From NCBI RefSeq assembly GCF_004010195.1, contig NC_057719.1, positions 62,954,726-63,018,725 of the forward strand: a stretch of DNA of 64,000 nt, read 5' to 3'. A model generated the notes under the pieces. That model had not been told where the DNA came from, did not search any database, and was given only the letters and a program-made list of their open reading frames with translations. Within the stretch, counting starts at the first letter, position 1, and every line of letters starts with the position of its first letter. Shown piece by piece: positions 1-12,989 of this stretch. The translations under genes and the position numbers were made by a program. Origin of the DNA: Chiloscyllium plagiosum (lineage: Eukaryota).

Positions 1-192
1 CCGGGTGCTCCGGTTTCCTCCCACAGTCCAAAGATGTGCAGGTCAGGTGAATTGGCCATGCTAAATTGCCCGTAGTGTTAGGTAAGGGGTAAATGTAGGG
101 GTATGGGTGGGTTGCGCTTTGGCGGGTCAGTGTGGACTTGTTGCGCCGAAGGGCCTGTTTCCACACTGTAATGTAATCTAATCTAATCTAAA
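1..192 (+). mobile_element. HE1-type shark SINE, 3' part (cut by window edge)
   Basis: Central domain CCGGGTGCTCCGGTTTCCTCCCACAGTCCAAAGATGTGCAGG, CR1-like tail GCCGAAGGGCCTGTTTCCACACTGT and (AATCT)n end; near-identical to copies at 23185 and 32099. Confidence 0.92.
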
Positions 193-202
193 TCATGCTG
201 CC

Positions 203-205
<3 letters not shown>

Positions 206-236
<31 letters not shown>
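206..236. repeat. (CT)n microsatellite
   Basis: Directly visible TC/CT run. Confidence 0.95.
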
Positions 237-238
<2 letters not shown>

Positions 239-1590
239 TCTCAGCTCATTGGCTTTATTCACTCTGCTCCTTGCGCTCACATATATTTTCAGTGCTGTAC
301 ATTTTTTACACTCTGCTCCTGTTGTCTTTCAGAGTCACTCATTAAGTTTCCAGTTCTTGCCTCTGAAGTTGCCCTTTCCATTTCCCCTACCACTCTAATC
401 TAAACCCTCCCAAACAGCAATAGCAAATCTCCTTGTGAGATTATGTATCCTAGCCCTGTTCAGGAATAAGTGATTTAGCTTGTCCAGGCTCTAAAACCCC
501 AGAGATCTGATGCCCACCATCTTTCACTGGTTTTCCCACCACATGTTCAAACATTCAATTCTACACCTGTGCTCAGTAGCCTGAGAGACTGGGCATATTA
601 CTGAGACAACTGCTTTAGACTTTTTGCCTTTCAGTCTTCTTTTAGCTCCCTGAAATCCACTTTCAGGATTTCATCCTATTCCTGTCTGTATCATTGGTAC
701 CAACATGGACTACAACTTTGGGCTGAATACCCTTGAATGTCCTGTAGCCAATCCATAACATCCTTGCACCAGGGAGATCAGGTAATTTCCTGGAGCTGTG
801 TTGACAGCCACAGAAACACCTCTGATCCCCTGACTTTGGAATCTACTGTCACTGTTGCTCTTCCATTCTCTTCCAACCCTCACTGCATATAATGAGCTAT
901 CCATGGTGCTACTGACTTGGCTCTCACTGCAGTCTGCCAAGGGAATTTTTTCTCAGTACTGCCCAAAATGGAGTACTGATTAGCAAGCACAATCGACTTA
1001 GGAGACTCCTGCATTGCTTGCCTGCTTGTCTTGATCTGCTTGGTGGTTATTAATTCCCTTGCCTGCACATTTCAAATCTGCAGTACGACCACCTCCCTAA
1101 AAGTCTTAATACTAGGGGACATGCATTTAAGGTGAGGGCGGAAAGTTCAAAGGTGATGTGAGGGGCAAGTTTTTTTTTACACAGATTGTGGTAAGAGTCT
1201 GGAATATGCTGGATAGTGGTGGAGGCAGATATGATAGGGGCATTTAAGAGACTTTTGGATAAGCACATGAATATGCAAGGAATGGAGGGATAAAGACCAA
1301 GGGCAGGCGGATGGGGTTAGTTTAATTTGGCATCATGTTCAGCACAATATTGTGGGCCGAAGGGCCTGTTCCTGTTCTGTATTGTTCTATGTGCTACCCA
1401 TATAGTCCTCTGCCTCATTGACGAATAATAAATACTCGAGCCACTAACCAAGTTCCAAAACCGAGATCTCAAGCTTGTGCAAAGGTGACATTTCCTGCAT
1501 GCGTATTGGTAAGGGTCATATGGTGTGTTAATGTCATTGCATATACTGCAGGACGGAGATTCCACTTGGCCAAGTTGACCTGCCATCTGG
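237..1590 (-). mobile_element. Decayed CR1 LINE 5' portion (ORF1 plus start of ORF2), interrupted by an opposite-strand CR1 3' end
   Basis: Minus-strand remnants: Cys-rich N-terminus CSIC...CRKC (1317-1586), ESPKSIVLANQYSILGS, ORF1 end GRFAIAVWEGLD* near 396-430, endonuclease start resembling ARSRVNKANEL near 240-280. Confidence 0.7.
1105..1393 (+). mobile_element. CR1 LINE 3' end fragment
   Basis: TRGH-type C-terminal coding remnant, tail GGGCCGAAGGGCCTGTTCCTG and GTTCTAT terminus. Confidence 0.88.
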
Positions 1591-2699
1591 TAACTTTAAA
1601 ACCTATTTAGTCCAATTTAGAATAAATGAAAAACCTCCTGTTTTGTCATTGCAGATCATTATATCTGTGCAAGAGTGTGCTGTGGACAGCATTAATACAC
1701 TCCCTGATTCCATCAGTGTAGCATTCAGTCAGACATTCTTGGGCACACAATCAGTATGGCATTTAAAAGTGGCAAGTTATGCAAACTTTATTAAAGTTTA
1801 TTCTTTATTCATCCCCTTTATTATTATTCCCCTTAAGTAAATGAGGAAAAAAGTAAACCACATTTCTTTGTACTGAAGAGTTAGATTAAGGATTTTATAA
1901 TCACTGTAATTGTTATTGGCACAAAAAGATTTGATTTTCATAATTCATCCACCCATTTTGAAAAGCTTTTCCTTAAAAATAAAACGTGACAACAGCTAGA
2001 TCAGGATGTCAGTCTCCACCAAAGTTTAAATCGACAGCCAGTAAGGTGTGAAAAGATATTCCTACATTTAGAGCCACTTAAGCTGTGTGTGAAGTGCTCT
2101 TAACAGCTTTCCCTGTGACCAACTATTATCATTGCACAGCGCCTCCGACCTTGCACCATTTACAAACTGCTGAGGGACTTTCACACTCAGCAAGGTACTT
2201 AACATCTAAAAGCTGAGAAATGAAAAAAAAGTCTGGTCCTGAAATAGGCCTGTTAACGTGGAACTTGAGTTTAAATGTCTCAGTGACAGGTGATTTATCA
2301 CCTCTGCAGTGAAATGATTTATTTTAATAGTGAAACACCTTGAGTCAAATCTGAATTTAATTTCAAATGTTAATGTAATAGCTGTAATTGAGCCACTTCA
2401 GATTCATTGATGAATTTCCACATTTAAACAATTATGGCTCATTTTGAATTTGCTGTATTGTCCAGCACTTTGTCCATTAAGCTGATAGTTGCCATGACCT
2501 TGTAACTGTGCCAATTTAGACAGTAGTTGCACGTTTCTTTCATATCTGTGTTTAAAGTTTCTGGGAGAATGGCATAAGATACAAGGCTTCTGGCAATTCT
2601 TTTTCGTCGCGTTGTCAAGCTCATGAATCTGGAGCTGATAGATGGGAGAATGGTATTTTGGAAGGTATAAAATAAAAGTATATTTTTTCATGAACCAAA

Positions 2700-2790
2700 G
2701 ATGTTATGACATACCTTTGAGGCAGGTGGGACTTGAACCTTGGACTCATGGCTCAGAGATAGAGACACTGTACTACTGCAACACAACCCA
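2700..2790 (-). mobile_element. tRNA-derived SINE head fragment
   Basis: Reverse complement contains B-box-like GGTTCAAGTCCC; a related + copy lies near 29245-29450. Confidence 0.5.
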
Positions 2791-3789
2791 AACAGAATCA
2801 ATGATTAGTCATTACAGTCACTCTCTGCATACAGATTTGATTTAGGCTTTGGATTGTATAAAAAATGTAAACTGAGTTAGCAAGAGTGTACCAGGAGCTT
2901 GTGTGGGAAGACAGCTGAAGAGGCATCTTCAGCAAGAGCTTAGTTACACTCATTATTTCTGCATATTAATTGTGGAGCTGATTGGGCTATAGATCTGATG
3001 GGAGTGCAAACCCAGAATGCATGTCAACAAAATTCTGCAAATCTTGAAGAAGAAAATATGTATTCAGAATATAAAGAAAATGGTATAATGCATGCAGGGT
3101 CGTATATGTAATGTGAGGCAATTTAAGCTAGAAAGGAAAGCAAGCAGGCGTGAGAAATATATGGGGTGAACAACCCCCAGAAATGAGAAGAATGGCAAAA
3201 AGATGCCATTCAGCTGAGCAAGCAAATGTACAATAATAAATGAAGTTGTATCAGATCAGTGGGATGTTTATGCAGCACCTAATATTTAATTGCTTTTGAC
3301 AGCAACGGAGCTGAATGCTGTGCAGAGGCAATGGGATAAATAACCTCCTCGTGCACCACAGCAATTCTGTGATTCTATATCATGTGTGGCATACAAAGGA
3401 TGGCTGATCCAATAGCAGCAGTTTGTCTGTGGTTGACCTGTCCTCTGAGAGTTCTTCCTAGTCCCAAACTCTTTGCTGTCTAATGCCTACCTGCAAAAGT
3501 CCAGCTTCCCCTTTCTTTGACTGCAAGTTTAGTCATCTCTGTAAACTCTTCTACAGGCTTAAGTAATGGGGTGATGGTGGCATAGTGGTCACATATCATT
3601 GAATGAGTGATCCAGTTTGTCAGACTCATGTGCTGGTGTCTTCAGGATTACTAGTATTGTAGCATTACCCTGACCCCACCATCTCCCCTCACTCAGCCTG
3701 CCGAACTGTCCATTCCCCTGGCGGTGGCTCTTCTGCCTCCAACCTCTCTTCACGACATCACTTCTGGTTGTGCCTCCAAACACCCCTGT

Positions 3790-3952
3790 GCACCATGGGA
3801 TCTTCTTGAAAATGAAAGGGCAGCCTTGGATAATGTCTGATTTAACAAATGGTACCCCTGAAAGTGCAGCACTCCCTCAATATTGTCAGATCACGGAAGT
3901 GAAATTTAAATACATAACCTTTGGACTCAGAGGTGAGACTGCTACCAACTCA
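3790..3952 (-). mobile_element. Old Deu-domain-type SINE fragment (SacSINE1/AmnSINE-like)
   Basis: AGTGCAGCACTCCCTCA and GACTCAGAGGTGAGACTGCTACCAACT motifs; related copy at 12990-13215. Confidence 0.55.
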
Positions 3953-5194
3953 AAAATATTTCTATACTGTTACAAGCACAGGTTCCTTCAGTCCCCATTA
4001 CCCGTTTGGAAATGGTTTGTTTTAAAGTAAATCAGCAGTCAAGCCTTTGTTTAAACAGAATAAAAGTTTTTTTTTAAATTATAAGTCAATATTGAAGATT
4101 TCTTCAGAATATAGAAATAAAGTTATTCACTAAATAAATTCCAGACATCAAGATCAAAACAAATGGAAATAAGGAAAAAGAATACCTTTAAGACAAAAGT
4201 TCTATTAGGTCTGTGTTGGTATATCACAGGTGGTGCATTGCTTGAATGCCTTATTGCTAAAACAAAATGGTTAACTCTTGAAGTCAGATCCAGTCAGATC
4301 CAGATGGTTTCTGTCATTGAGCATTTGATGTTTTCTTGGACAGGTAGACTTAGCAAGGTCAGATTTTTAGGAGCAAGAGAAGGTTCTTTATTCTTCACTA
4401 GTTCTGAGGCTTAGGTACCTTTGCTTTACTTGTTTTTGGACAAGACAGCACTTGGTTTCGATATATACCTTACTCAGTCAAAACATTCCCACCCCAGGAT
4501 GTTTTCTCAGAACATACTTCCTGGAGTGCTACACACTGGCTTTCCTCAGCAGCCAAGTTTTTTTGTAAATTCAGTTCAAAGCTCAGAATGATGGTCTATT
4601 CATTTTGAGGGGTGAAGGGTTTCACCATACAATGATGGGCCTCTTTGAAATTTTTCCTCCCAACCATTATTCTATTTGAATCTTGAATTTTCATGTCTAC
4701 ATCATCTGTTTGCAAACTCCCATTGTTTCAATAGCTGAAGGAACTGGTGGTTGATTCTCTCTGTAATTCACTTCATGCTTGCTGCTGTATAGTCAGCTGA
4801 CATGTAATGCCCTGCGGTTTTTAACGTCTTGTGTCCAGTTTGAGTCAGATTAGTTGTTGTCCAAAATCTATCATGTGAAATCTCATTGGTATATGACAAT
4901 TGTTACAACCAAGATGGAGAAATGCGGTTATTACTCTTGTCCCAGTGCTCATAATGTAAAAAATACTGTTCTCAATTACCAAGATGATCAATTAAATACC
5001 TCATCTAAATCACATTTTAAACAGAACTGTGATCAACCAAGCTTCTCGATAAACTGAATTATGATCAAGGACAAAATTATTCAATAGCAATGTAGTAATT
5101 AAATAATATACATAGTGAGATAGAAATGTAAATGCTTATTCCTCTAAATATCCCCAGAACACACAGACCACTCTTGCAACAGTCAAAGGTCTTT

Positions 5195-5514
5195 TGCCCA
5201 GTGCAGGGGAGTCCAAAACTAGAGGGCATAGGTTTAAGGTTGTGAAGTGAAAGATTTGAAAGGGACCTAAGAGACAACATTTTTTACGCGGAGTGTGGTG
5301 CTTGTGTAGAATGAACTTTCAGACGAAGTGGTGGAGCCTGGTACAATTATAACATTTAAAAGGCATCTGGATGGGTACATGAATAAGAAGGGTTTAGAGT
5401 GATTTGGCCAAATGCTGGCGGGACAAGGTTAATTTAGGATATCTGGTCGGGCATGGATGAGTTGGACTGATGGGTTTGCTTCACTGCTGTACATTTCCAT
5501 GATTCTATGACTCT
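5195..5514 (+). mobile_element. CR1 (HER1-like) 3' end fragment
   Basis: AACTAGAGGGCATAGGTTTAAGG ... CTATGACTCT tail; same family as 20365-21432. Confidence 0.9.
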
Positions 5515-6364
5515 AACAAGGGGAAAAGATGATTTATCTGCACAGAGAAAAAAATATTTTATTGACTGTGGTATTCTTAAAGGCAAAAAGATCAAGTGTA
5601 TGATATATATGAGGTAACTGCTCTGATGTTTTCGCATATGTGATCAAATCATAAACGATGCACAGTTATCCCTGAAATCTTGCAGACACAGCTTGCTCAG
5701 GGAATACAGTCTTGAGATGTTTTTTCAATCACCCTTTCAAAAGAGCTGATCGGCTTTTCCCTGATCTTTTCTGGATAGGGGCGCCCTCAGCTGGGCAGCT
5801 TGTTCAAAACAATCTTTTTTTCCCCTGCTCGGCTTGTTTTCAGCAGATTTCCCTCCAACTTTTCAAGACCAGTCACTTTTCGAAACAGTTTCAGTAGGGT
5901 CTGTAACAAAACATGCCATTTTTAGGAAGTTTTGTATCAAACAAGATTATCAAATCTCCACAGTGAACTTTCAGTTATCTCTTTTAAAGGAACTGCTTCA
6001 GGTATATCCACAATACTTGAAATAAATTCATTTTTTCACAATCCTTTAAAATGTAAGTTTTCCAAACAATGCTAGATATCAACTATAAAGAACTTGCATG
6101 ATTCAATTTATAGTGCACGTATGTTTGTAGTGAGAGTACTGGGCAAAAGGCACGATAGATTGATTTTAAACATCAAACTGCAGAAAATGTCCAGATTGTT
6201 AGTTGGCAATAAACAACTGTAAAAATCCACTTAGCTAGCAGTAAAAAGATACTGATGCAACTAGAGTGTGGAAATGCCACATTTTCTGAGTGCATCACAA
6301 CTTAATTTGTGTTCCTGCACCACCTTAAACTAACCCTAACAGACAAATTGTCATAGTTAGTAAT

Positions 6365-6571
6365 GAGCTGAAAATGTGTTGCTGGAAAAGCGCAGCAGGT
6401 CAGGCAGCATCCAGGGAACAGGAGAATCGACGTTTCGGGCATAAGCCCTTCTTCAGGCTTATGCCCGAAACGTCGATTCTCCTGTTCCCTGGATGCTGCC
6501 TGACCTGCTGCGCTTTTCCAGCAACACATTTTCAGCTCTGATCTCCAGCATCTGCAGATCTCACTTTCTCC
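6365..6571. mobile_element. Short palindromic Penelope-derived insertion with hammerhead motif
   Basis: Perfect 83-bp inverted repeat (6365-6447 / 6456-6538); 16-bp TSD TCATAGTT(A/G)GTAATGA at 6351-6366 and 6572-6587; homologous to the 3' end of the PLE at 56552-56680. Confidence 0.9.
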
Positions 6572-7559
6572 TCATAGTTGGTAATGACACCAGCCTCTAT
6601 CAATGTCATTCATTCCTGGAGGAATAACTTGTATTTTACCTTGGTAAAAGTTACTGAAAGATAAAATGGAACAGGTTGAGCATTAAGAGAGCTGCATCCA
6701 ACAACATTAAAAATTCCTTTTTAAATCTCCCATTAGCGACCTTGACTCATAAATCACTTGCATGAAAACTCTGCAACATGTCTCCCTTCCCATCAAAGAT
6801 AAATTTCCATAATATCTATGTACATTCATTTTCATTATCAGCCTGAAACCTTCCAGGTTTTCTGAAGCACAGACCTTGTCATGTTCACTATTTAATTGTC
6901 CCTCCATTTGCTTATCTTCATGACTTTCAATCCACTTTCTACTAAGTCAGTGAAAATAATCACCTCTATTAAAAAGGCTGGTTGCACATCTGACTATCAC
7001 AGATGTGAACATTGCACTGAATTACAAGGGCTCGGGGAATTCAAATAAAAGCTATTAAAATTATGCTACGGATTTATATTAAGAAGAACAAATTGTAAGT
7101 ACAAATAAGGTTGAATTCATATATGTGTAAGTGACACCATCAGGATTAACCTGAAGTGGTAGCATTGACATTTCTTGTGATCTTAACTGATAAGTGACTA
7201 TGTGGTGAAATAAGTTAGAGCAAGAGACAAACTGGAGTTTTTTGAGCTCTATCTTATCCACTTTTTGGAGCTAGAAGGTACCTTGTCAAAACTATGCAAG
7301 CACAAGCAATATGCTAGACCATTAGTGTCATCAAACAGTGATTCCTCTGAAGGAGCAGTTCTGGGCTGACTGGGTATCAAGGCATGTTGTGGTCGATTGT
7401 ATTCTGCACAATTCGACGAGCTCTTAACAACACCCAACGGGTGAGAATGTCAGGAGGAACAGGCAGAGGACAAAGAGGAGGCTAAGTAGAGAAGGAAGCA
7501 GTGAGCTGGCAACCTCGACAGCCCCTTTTTTGTCTGAGCTTGTGGCAAGCAAAAAGTCA

Positions 7560-9305
7560 TGCGGAAAGCCAGTTCCAATTCACAGCCAGTTCTACATTCC
7601 TTTGTCTGTAACTGACCCCCACATGTGAGACCTGGCAGACAGGAGAAAGTCAGCTCAAAGAATAAGGTGGTGGATAAGCCTTCTCCAGAACGGATAAATC
7701 CGAGCAAGAATGTTGACTGCAGGCAATTGGTTCTGCAAGAAACAAAATACTCATTGTTCATCCCAGCAAGTCAGCCAAATGCTTAATTAACGCCAGGCTC
7801 ATCCTAACCTAGAATCAGTGCAACACAGCAACCAGTACATATGCCCCAACTCTAGAAGCAACAGATGAGGCCAAAGAGGAATTCAGCTTCAGTCTCAATC
7901 AATTGCTGTGCTGTGTCCCAAAGGAAGGTGTCTGATTCTCCTTGGGCTTTCCATTACCACATCTGGAAGAGACACAAACCTCTGGATAAGTTCTAACTAA
8001 GAAGATTGGCAAGGAAGGAGGAGTTGGGGGTGGGGGGGCGTGGAATGCAAACACCAACAGATCCTTCTTTCATGGCCTGGTCATAACGATCTCCCTACTT
8101 TGCCAGAGATTCAGGTACAAGGCAATACCCTTGTTCCAGGCATTGGCATCTACTTGACTACGACATACTTTGAGTAAGGGACCACGAGGAGTGCTGCTGC
8201 AGGCAATTTGATGCCAGTGGACACAAATACCCTGCAAAGAAAGTCCTTGCTCATTCAATCTCTCACAGACAACCTCGTATTGCTCAATGTACAGGAACCA
8301 CAGAATGTAAACAGCATCTGGTCTGCCCTTAAATCCAGCATAAACAGTACTGAGAAGGAACCTCTTGGTTTTTTCTACATGGAAACATCAAACTGGTTGA
8401 CGAGTATGAGTAGAAGATTCAGGAGCTACTAAAGTGCACGCAGAAGGTGTTCCTGAAGAAGCACCACCAAATCCCCAAGGGAAGAAAACAGGTCCACAGC
8501 AAGCGAGGGTGGCAATCCAGTGAGAAAAAGAACTTCTGACCTTAGAAAGAAAAGACGGTGGTGGAAATAGTCTAACAACTCATTTCCAGGCATGACGGGT
8601 GGAATCTCCTATCTCCTGCCCACAAAGCCTAGGACATCCCCAATGAGAGCCAAGAATGGAGGGGCACCCATCCAGGACAGAAAGAGAGTCGGCTCTCACT
8701 GGAAGGGGCACTTTGATGATCTCAACCAAGACTCAGTTCTCAATGTAAGTGGCCTCAACCGATTTCACAGTGTGCTACCCATCACTGTCTCATCACAACT
8801 CCAGCCTGGCAAAAGTTGAAAAGGCTGTCCAATGGCTGTGAACCAACAAGCGCAGACAGAATCACTGCCAAAATACAGAAATATAGCAGAGAAACACTTT
8901 CAGCCCGAATATAGCAGAGAAGCCATTTTGGCATGAATACCTGGCCTCACTTCCCTCATGAAGAAGAAGTGGAGTATGCCAGCAGATTTCTGATGACATA
9001 ATTATGATTATCTTCAATAAAGGAGATAAGAACAATTGCGTTGACAGCAGAGGAATCTCCTAGCTGGCTGCCCTTCACCTGTCTCTCCCAGATGCTGAAG
9101 AGCTCCTATGGAGTTCACAGTGCAGAATCTGTCAAGCAAAACAGATAGTGAGCATGATCTTCACAAGTGCAAGAAAAATTCAGAGAGCAACAGCAACCTC
9201 TATACACGGACTTCTCTGACCTCTCAGCCTTTGACTCTGTCAAAGGAAAGGCGTATGGAGCATCTTCTTCACATGTGTCTGCCCAAAGTTTACAAGATGT
9301 GCCAG
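7560..9305 (+). mobile_element. Decayed RTE-clade LINE (endonuclease to RT)
   Basis: Remnants ETWQTGESQLKE, YAPTLEATDEAKEEF, MQEKFREQQQPLYTDFSDLSAFDSV; many stops and frameshifts. Confidence 0.8.
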
Positions 9306-9845
9306 TAAGAAGGATTCTGCAATTTTCTTTTAAAGAAAGTCTCAGAAATTTGTAGTTGAGCTGTCTGCTCTGAGCCCAGCCAGCTTTGTCTTTGATTCAA
9401 GTTGAAACAATAGGAGCAACCTGAATGGGAGGGGTCAAGCTTCCACAGAAGCAGGATTTTTAGGCTTAGTTTTCAGCAGTTGCTGGGGTCTTGAAGCTGG
9501 ATGTGGAAGCTCTTATTCCTCTCTTTGTTTCACATTAGATTCAAGCAGCAGGAAGAGAACCCCAGAATTTAGCTGTAACAATCTATTTTACTGAATTTGC
9601 CCTTGCCCTTGGTGTGTTTATGGGATGTTACTATATTGGAACACTTATTGTTTAGAAGTTATGTTACCTATTATTCCGTTAAGTTTTCCAGGAGAATTAA
9701 GTTATTTCAATTCTTCATCTTTCGTTTGTATTTTACCTTCAGAGTAAGAATAAAGTGTGTTTTGCTTCAAACCTAGTAGCTTAATCAATCAAAGTGTATC
9801 CAGGACACTTGCCTTTCAAAATAAGAAAACGTTAGGCTTTCAAAA
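9306..9845 (+). mobile_element. LTR-like repeat (probable Gypsy LTR fragment)
   Basis: Shares CCTGAATGGG(A/T)GGGG..CAAGCTTCCA and AAAATAAGA blocks with 38840-39369; has AATAAA near 9749; LTR assignment is inferred. Confidence 0.5.
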
Positions 9846-10127
9846 TTGTTCTGAAACTATTGATTTGCGCACAGTCTGTTTGCTTCCTGGGATGTAAATT
9901 CTGAATTGTTACATTATCGTTTAAAGTGATTTATAGCTTTTAACTTGTATTTAAAGCTAATTCAGATTAGCAATACTTCCTCAATAACTGCTGAGTTCAA
10001 GTCAGCAAATTCCACAACCACTTAGTTTTAGGGTTTATTCAATTTAGGTTAATTGTCCCACAGGAGAAGAAGCTGCTGCAGAATGATACTTCCATCAAAA
10101 TAGGCTAATTAATTATAATAAGGCTTA

Positions 10128-11205
10128 CAGGGTCATAACGATGTACAGCATAGAAACAGACCCTTCGGTCCAATTTGTCCATGCCAACCTGATATCCCAA
10201 CCTAATCTAGTCCCATTTGCCAGCACTTGGCCCATATCCCTCTACACCCTTCCTATTCATATACCCATCCAGATGCCTTTTAAATGTTGTATTGTACCAG
10301 CCTTCACCACTTCCTCTGGCAGCTCATTCCATACACGTACCCCACTCTGCATGTAAAGGTTACTGAAGAAGGGCCTGTGCCCGAAACGTCGAATCTCCTG
10401 TTCCCTGGATGCTGCCTGACCTGCTGTGCTGTTCCAGCAATAAAGTTTCAACTTTGATCTCCAGCATCTGCAGACCTCACTTTCTCCATGTAAAGGTTAC
10501 CCCTTAGGTCTCTTTGTCCTCTCACCCTAAACCTATGCCCTCTAGTCCTGAACTCCCCCATCCCATACAAAAGACTTTATCTATTTACCCGATCCTCCCC
10601 CTCATGATTTTATAAACCTCTATAAGGTCACCCCCTCAGTATCCGACGCTCCAGGGAAAACAGCCCCAGCTTATTCAACCTCTCCCTGTAGCTCAAATTG
10701 TCCAATCCTGGCAACATCCTTGTAAATCTTTTCGGAACCCTTTCAAGTTTCACAATATCTTCCCAATAGGAAGGAGAACAGAATTTCATGCAATATTCCA
10801 AAAATGGACCAACCAATGTCCTGTACAGCCGCAACATGACCATCCAACTCCTATACTCAATTTTCTGACCAATAAAGGAAAGCATACCAAACGCCTTCTT
10901 CACTATCTTGTCTACCTGTGACTCTATTTTCAAGGAACTATGAATCTGCACTCCAAGGTCTCTTTGTTCAACAATACTCCCTAGAACCTTACCATTAAGT
11001 GTAAAGGTCCTGCTATGATTTTTTGCAAAATGCAGCAGCTTGCATTTATCTAAATTAAACTCCATCTGCCACTCCTCAGCCCATTGGCCCATTTGATTAA
11101 GATCCCATTGTGATCTGAGGTAACCTTCTTGGCTGTCCACTGCACCTCCAATTTTGGTGTCATCTGCAAACTTACTAACTATACCTCCTATTTTCACATT
11201 CAAGT
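10128..11205 (-). mobile_element. CR1 LINE 3' part (RT C-terminal half and tail)
   Basis: ORF 10628-11203: VSKFADDTKIGG, WQMEFNLDKC, RDLGVQIH, LERVPKRFTRMLPG; interrupted by a PLE-derived insert. Confidence 0.95.
10363..10486 (+). mobile_element. Short Penelope-derived insertion starting at the hammerhead core
   Basis: Begins CTGAAGAAGGGCCTGTGCCCGAAACGTC; perfect 14-bp TSD CATGTAAAGGTTAC at 10350-10363 and 10487-10500. Confidence 0.9.
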
Positions 11206-11481
11206 TATTGCTTAGCTTTGCATCGCTGATATTTTAAGGGTCCAGGATGTCTCTCTCCAGAAAATACACTTGCCTACTTCAGGAAGTGTCCAAGATCATT
11301 TATCACAGAAAAACCTAAGTGTGATGATGTATTAATTCTACCCCTTTTCTTAACAGAAATTAACAAGCGATATGCTTGCAATGGTTATGTATATGGTTAT
11401 GATAAAAACAGCCAAAAGACACAAAATCAAATTTTTTAGAATATAATTTCATATTATTTTTAAATGAAAGTGAAATTGCTA

Positions 11482-11677
11482 TTGTCCCATTCTCTCACTA
11501 GAAAGAGAGACAACTGGTGACTGTTTAATCTGACAGTCACCATGCCCATGTGAAGGGGTGTGGTTGAGAAGGTGAAACCTTCACGGTGGCCTCAGTCAGT
11601 GTAAAATTGATCCCCTTTCATTGTCATCACTCTGCATCAGCAAACCTGCCATCCAACTGGCAAAGTTAACCAACCCC
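11482..11677 (-). mobile_element. Old tRNA-derived SINE fragment
   Basis: Reverse complement begins with a degenerate tRNA-like head (GGTTAACTTTGCCAGTTGG...GGATCAATT); recognised by resemblance only. Confidence 0.45.
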
Positions 11678-12099
11678 TCAATGTAGGAATAACTAAAAAT
11701 AGATCATCTAACAGGATTTAAGAATAGAGTATCCATCAACATTTAGAGCAAACTTTGCCTTACAGCCTAAGCATGCCACCTCTTGGTGGGAGAAAATCAC
11801 GTTTGGGCTTTATTATCTAATACATTCCGAAATTTCAGTGAAAGAGTCTTGTTTATTCAAATTTCTGGACCCTTGCTGCTTTGAAAATTTTTGCTGCCAA
11901 CCCACTTTACAGGTCTTCCCGCTTGCATGTGACACTGTATCATTTAACATTATCCCTGAATTATTCAGTGAAGATTACATTATGATGTTGTGAGCTTCTA
12001 CCATGTCAATTTGTTTATATTTTATTGTCCTTCCATCTCTCCCTTATTCTTTCAATCTTAAATCAATCCTTTGTTAAAGGTTTACTTTAACTTCTTTAT

Positions 12100-12900
12100 G
12101 TCTTTGTTTTCAATGTCCCCATGTGTGGCACAGCTGACAAAATGCAGCCTCTCCACATTGCCTTCCTAAGTTTCAGTTCAGTTTTATCAATGCCAACTGG
12201 TTCTTCATTCTGGCAGAGCTCCATTCTCTCAATCTCAGGTCTTACTGCCACACCACCTGTCATTTTCCCAAGATGTGTGAACCTTTACACTTGTTCCAGG
12301 ACTTGTCCATTGATTTCAGTTGTAACTGCTAGAGCTAGGTCTCTGCTTGTCACCATTGTCTTGGCCTTCTTCACATTCATTCTTAATACATGTTCCTCAC
12401 TCCTGCCATCTATCCGTGTTTCCAGAGACAGGTCATTCCTTTCCAAAATGTTTATCAGAAATATTTTCTTTTGTATCTTGTGAAGTTTATTGTCCTGTCC
12501 AATGAACTCTCTCAGGTATTGGGAGATTAATGAACACTGATTGCATAAGATCCTCAGAATCCTCATAACTTCCTCAGGTAGGAATCCTGTTCAGTTCATT
12601 ATATTGTACATAGGTCTGTCAGTATCCCAATGTTTCTTTCAGGCATTCTGCTGGTATCTCATCAATTCCAGGTTCTTTCCTCGCTTTCAGTTTTTGATTG
12701 TTGCACTACCTTCTGCCTCCACACTCTCAGGTCCTTATCTTGCCTCTAATCGTGCTAATTCATTTCTATTTTTATTCTCATGCAGCTCTTGAACTTAAAC
12801 CAAACATCATTTCTCAGTATTTTCTGCATCAAAGAGATATTTTACCTCTTTGCTATTTGCGTGGTCAAAGATTGTCAAGGCTTGACATATTGTCTCTGCG
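12100..12900 (-). mobile_element. Highly decayed RTE-like LINE RT fragment
   Basis: LRMNVKKAKTMV...INGQVLEQV followed by FTHLG-like motif. Confidence 0.65.
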
Positions 12901-12989
12901 ATAAACGTAGAAAATATGAAAGCCCCAATATGTCTCTATTGACTCTAACTATACAAAGAGGTATATAGTAATGACCAATCAATTTGTTT

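Noticed and set aside
3968..4898. Possible solo LTR (TGT...ACA)
   Set aside because: No TSD, second copy or primer-binding site could be confirmed in the window.
5697..5900. Selenocysteine or readthrough ORF (TGA at 5789-5787 with open frame beyond)
   Set aside because: No recognisable homology, no SECIS identified, and a short open stretch past a stop is expected by chance.
6365..6571. DNA-transposon MITE or miRNA precursor
   Set aside because: The arms are asymmetric, the TSDs are long and variable, and the sequence matches a PLE terminus, which points to a fold-back retroinsertion.
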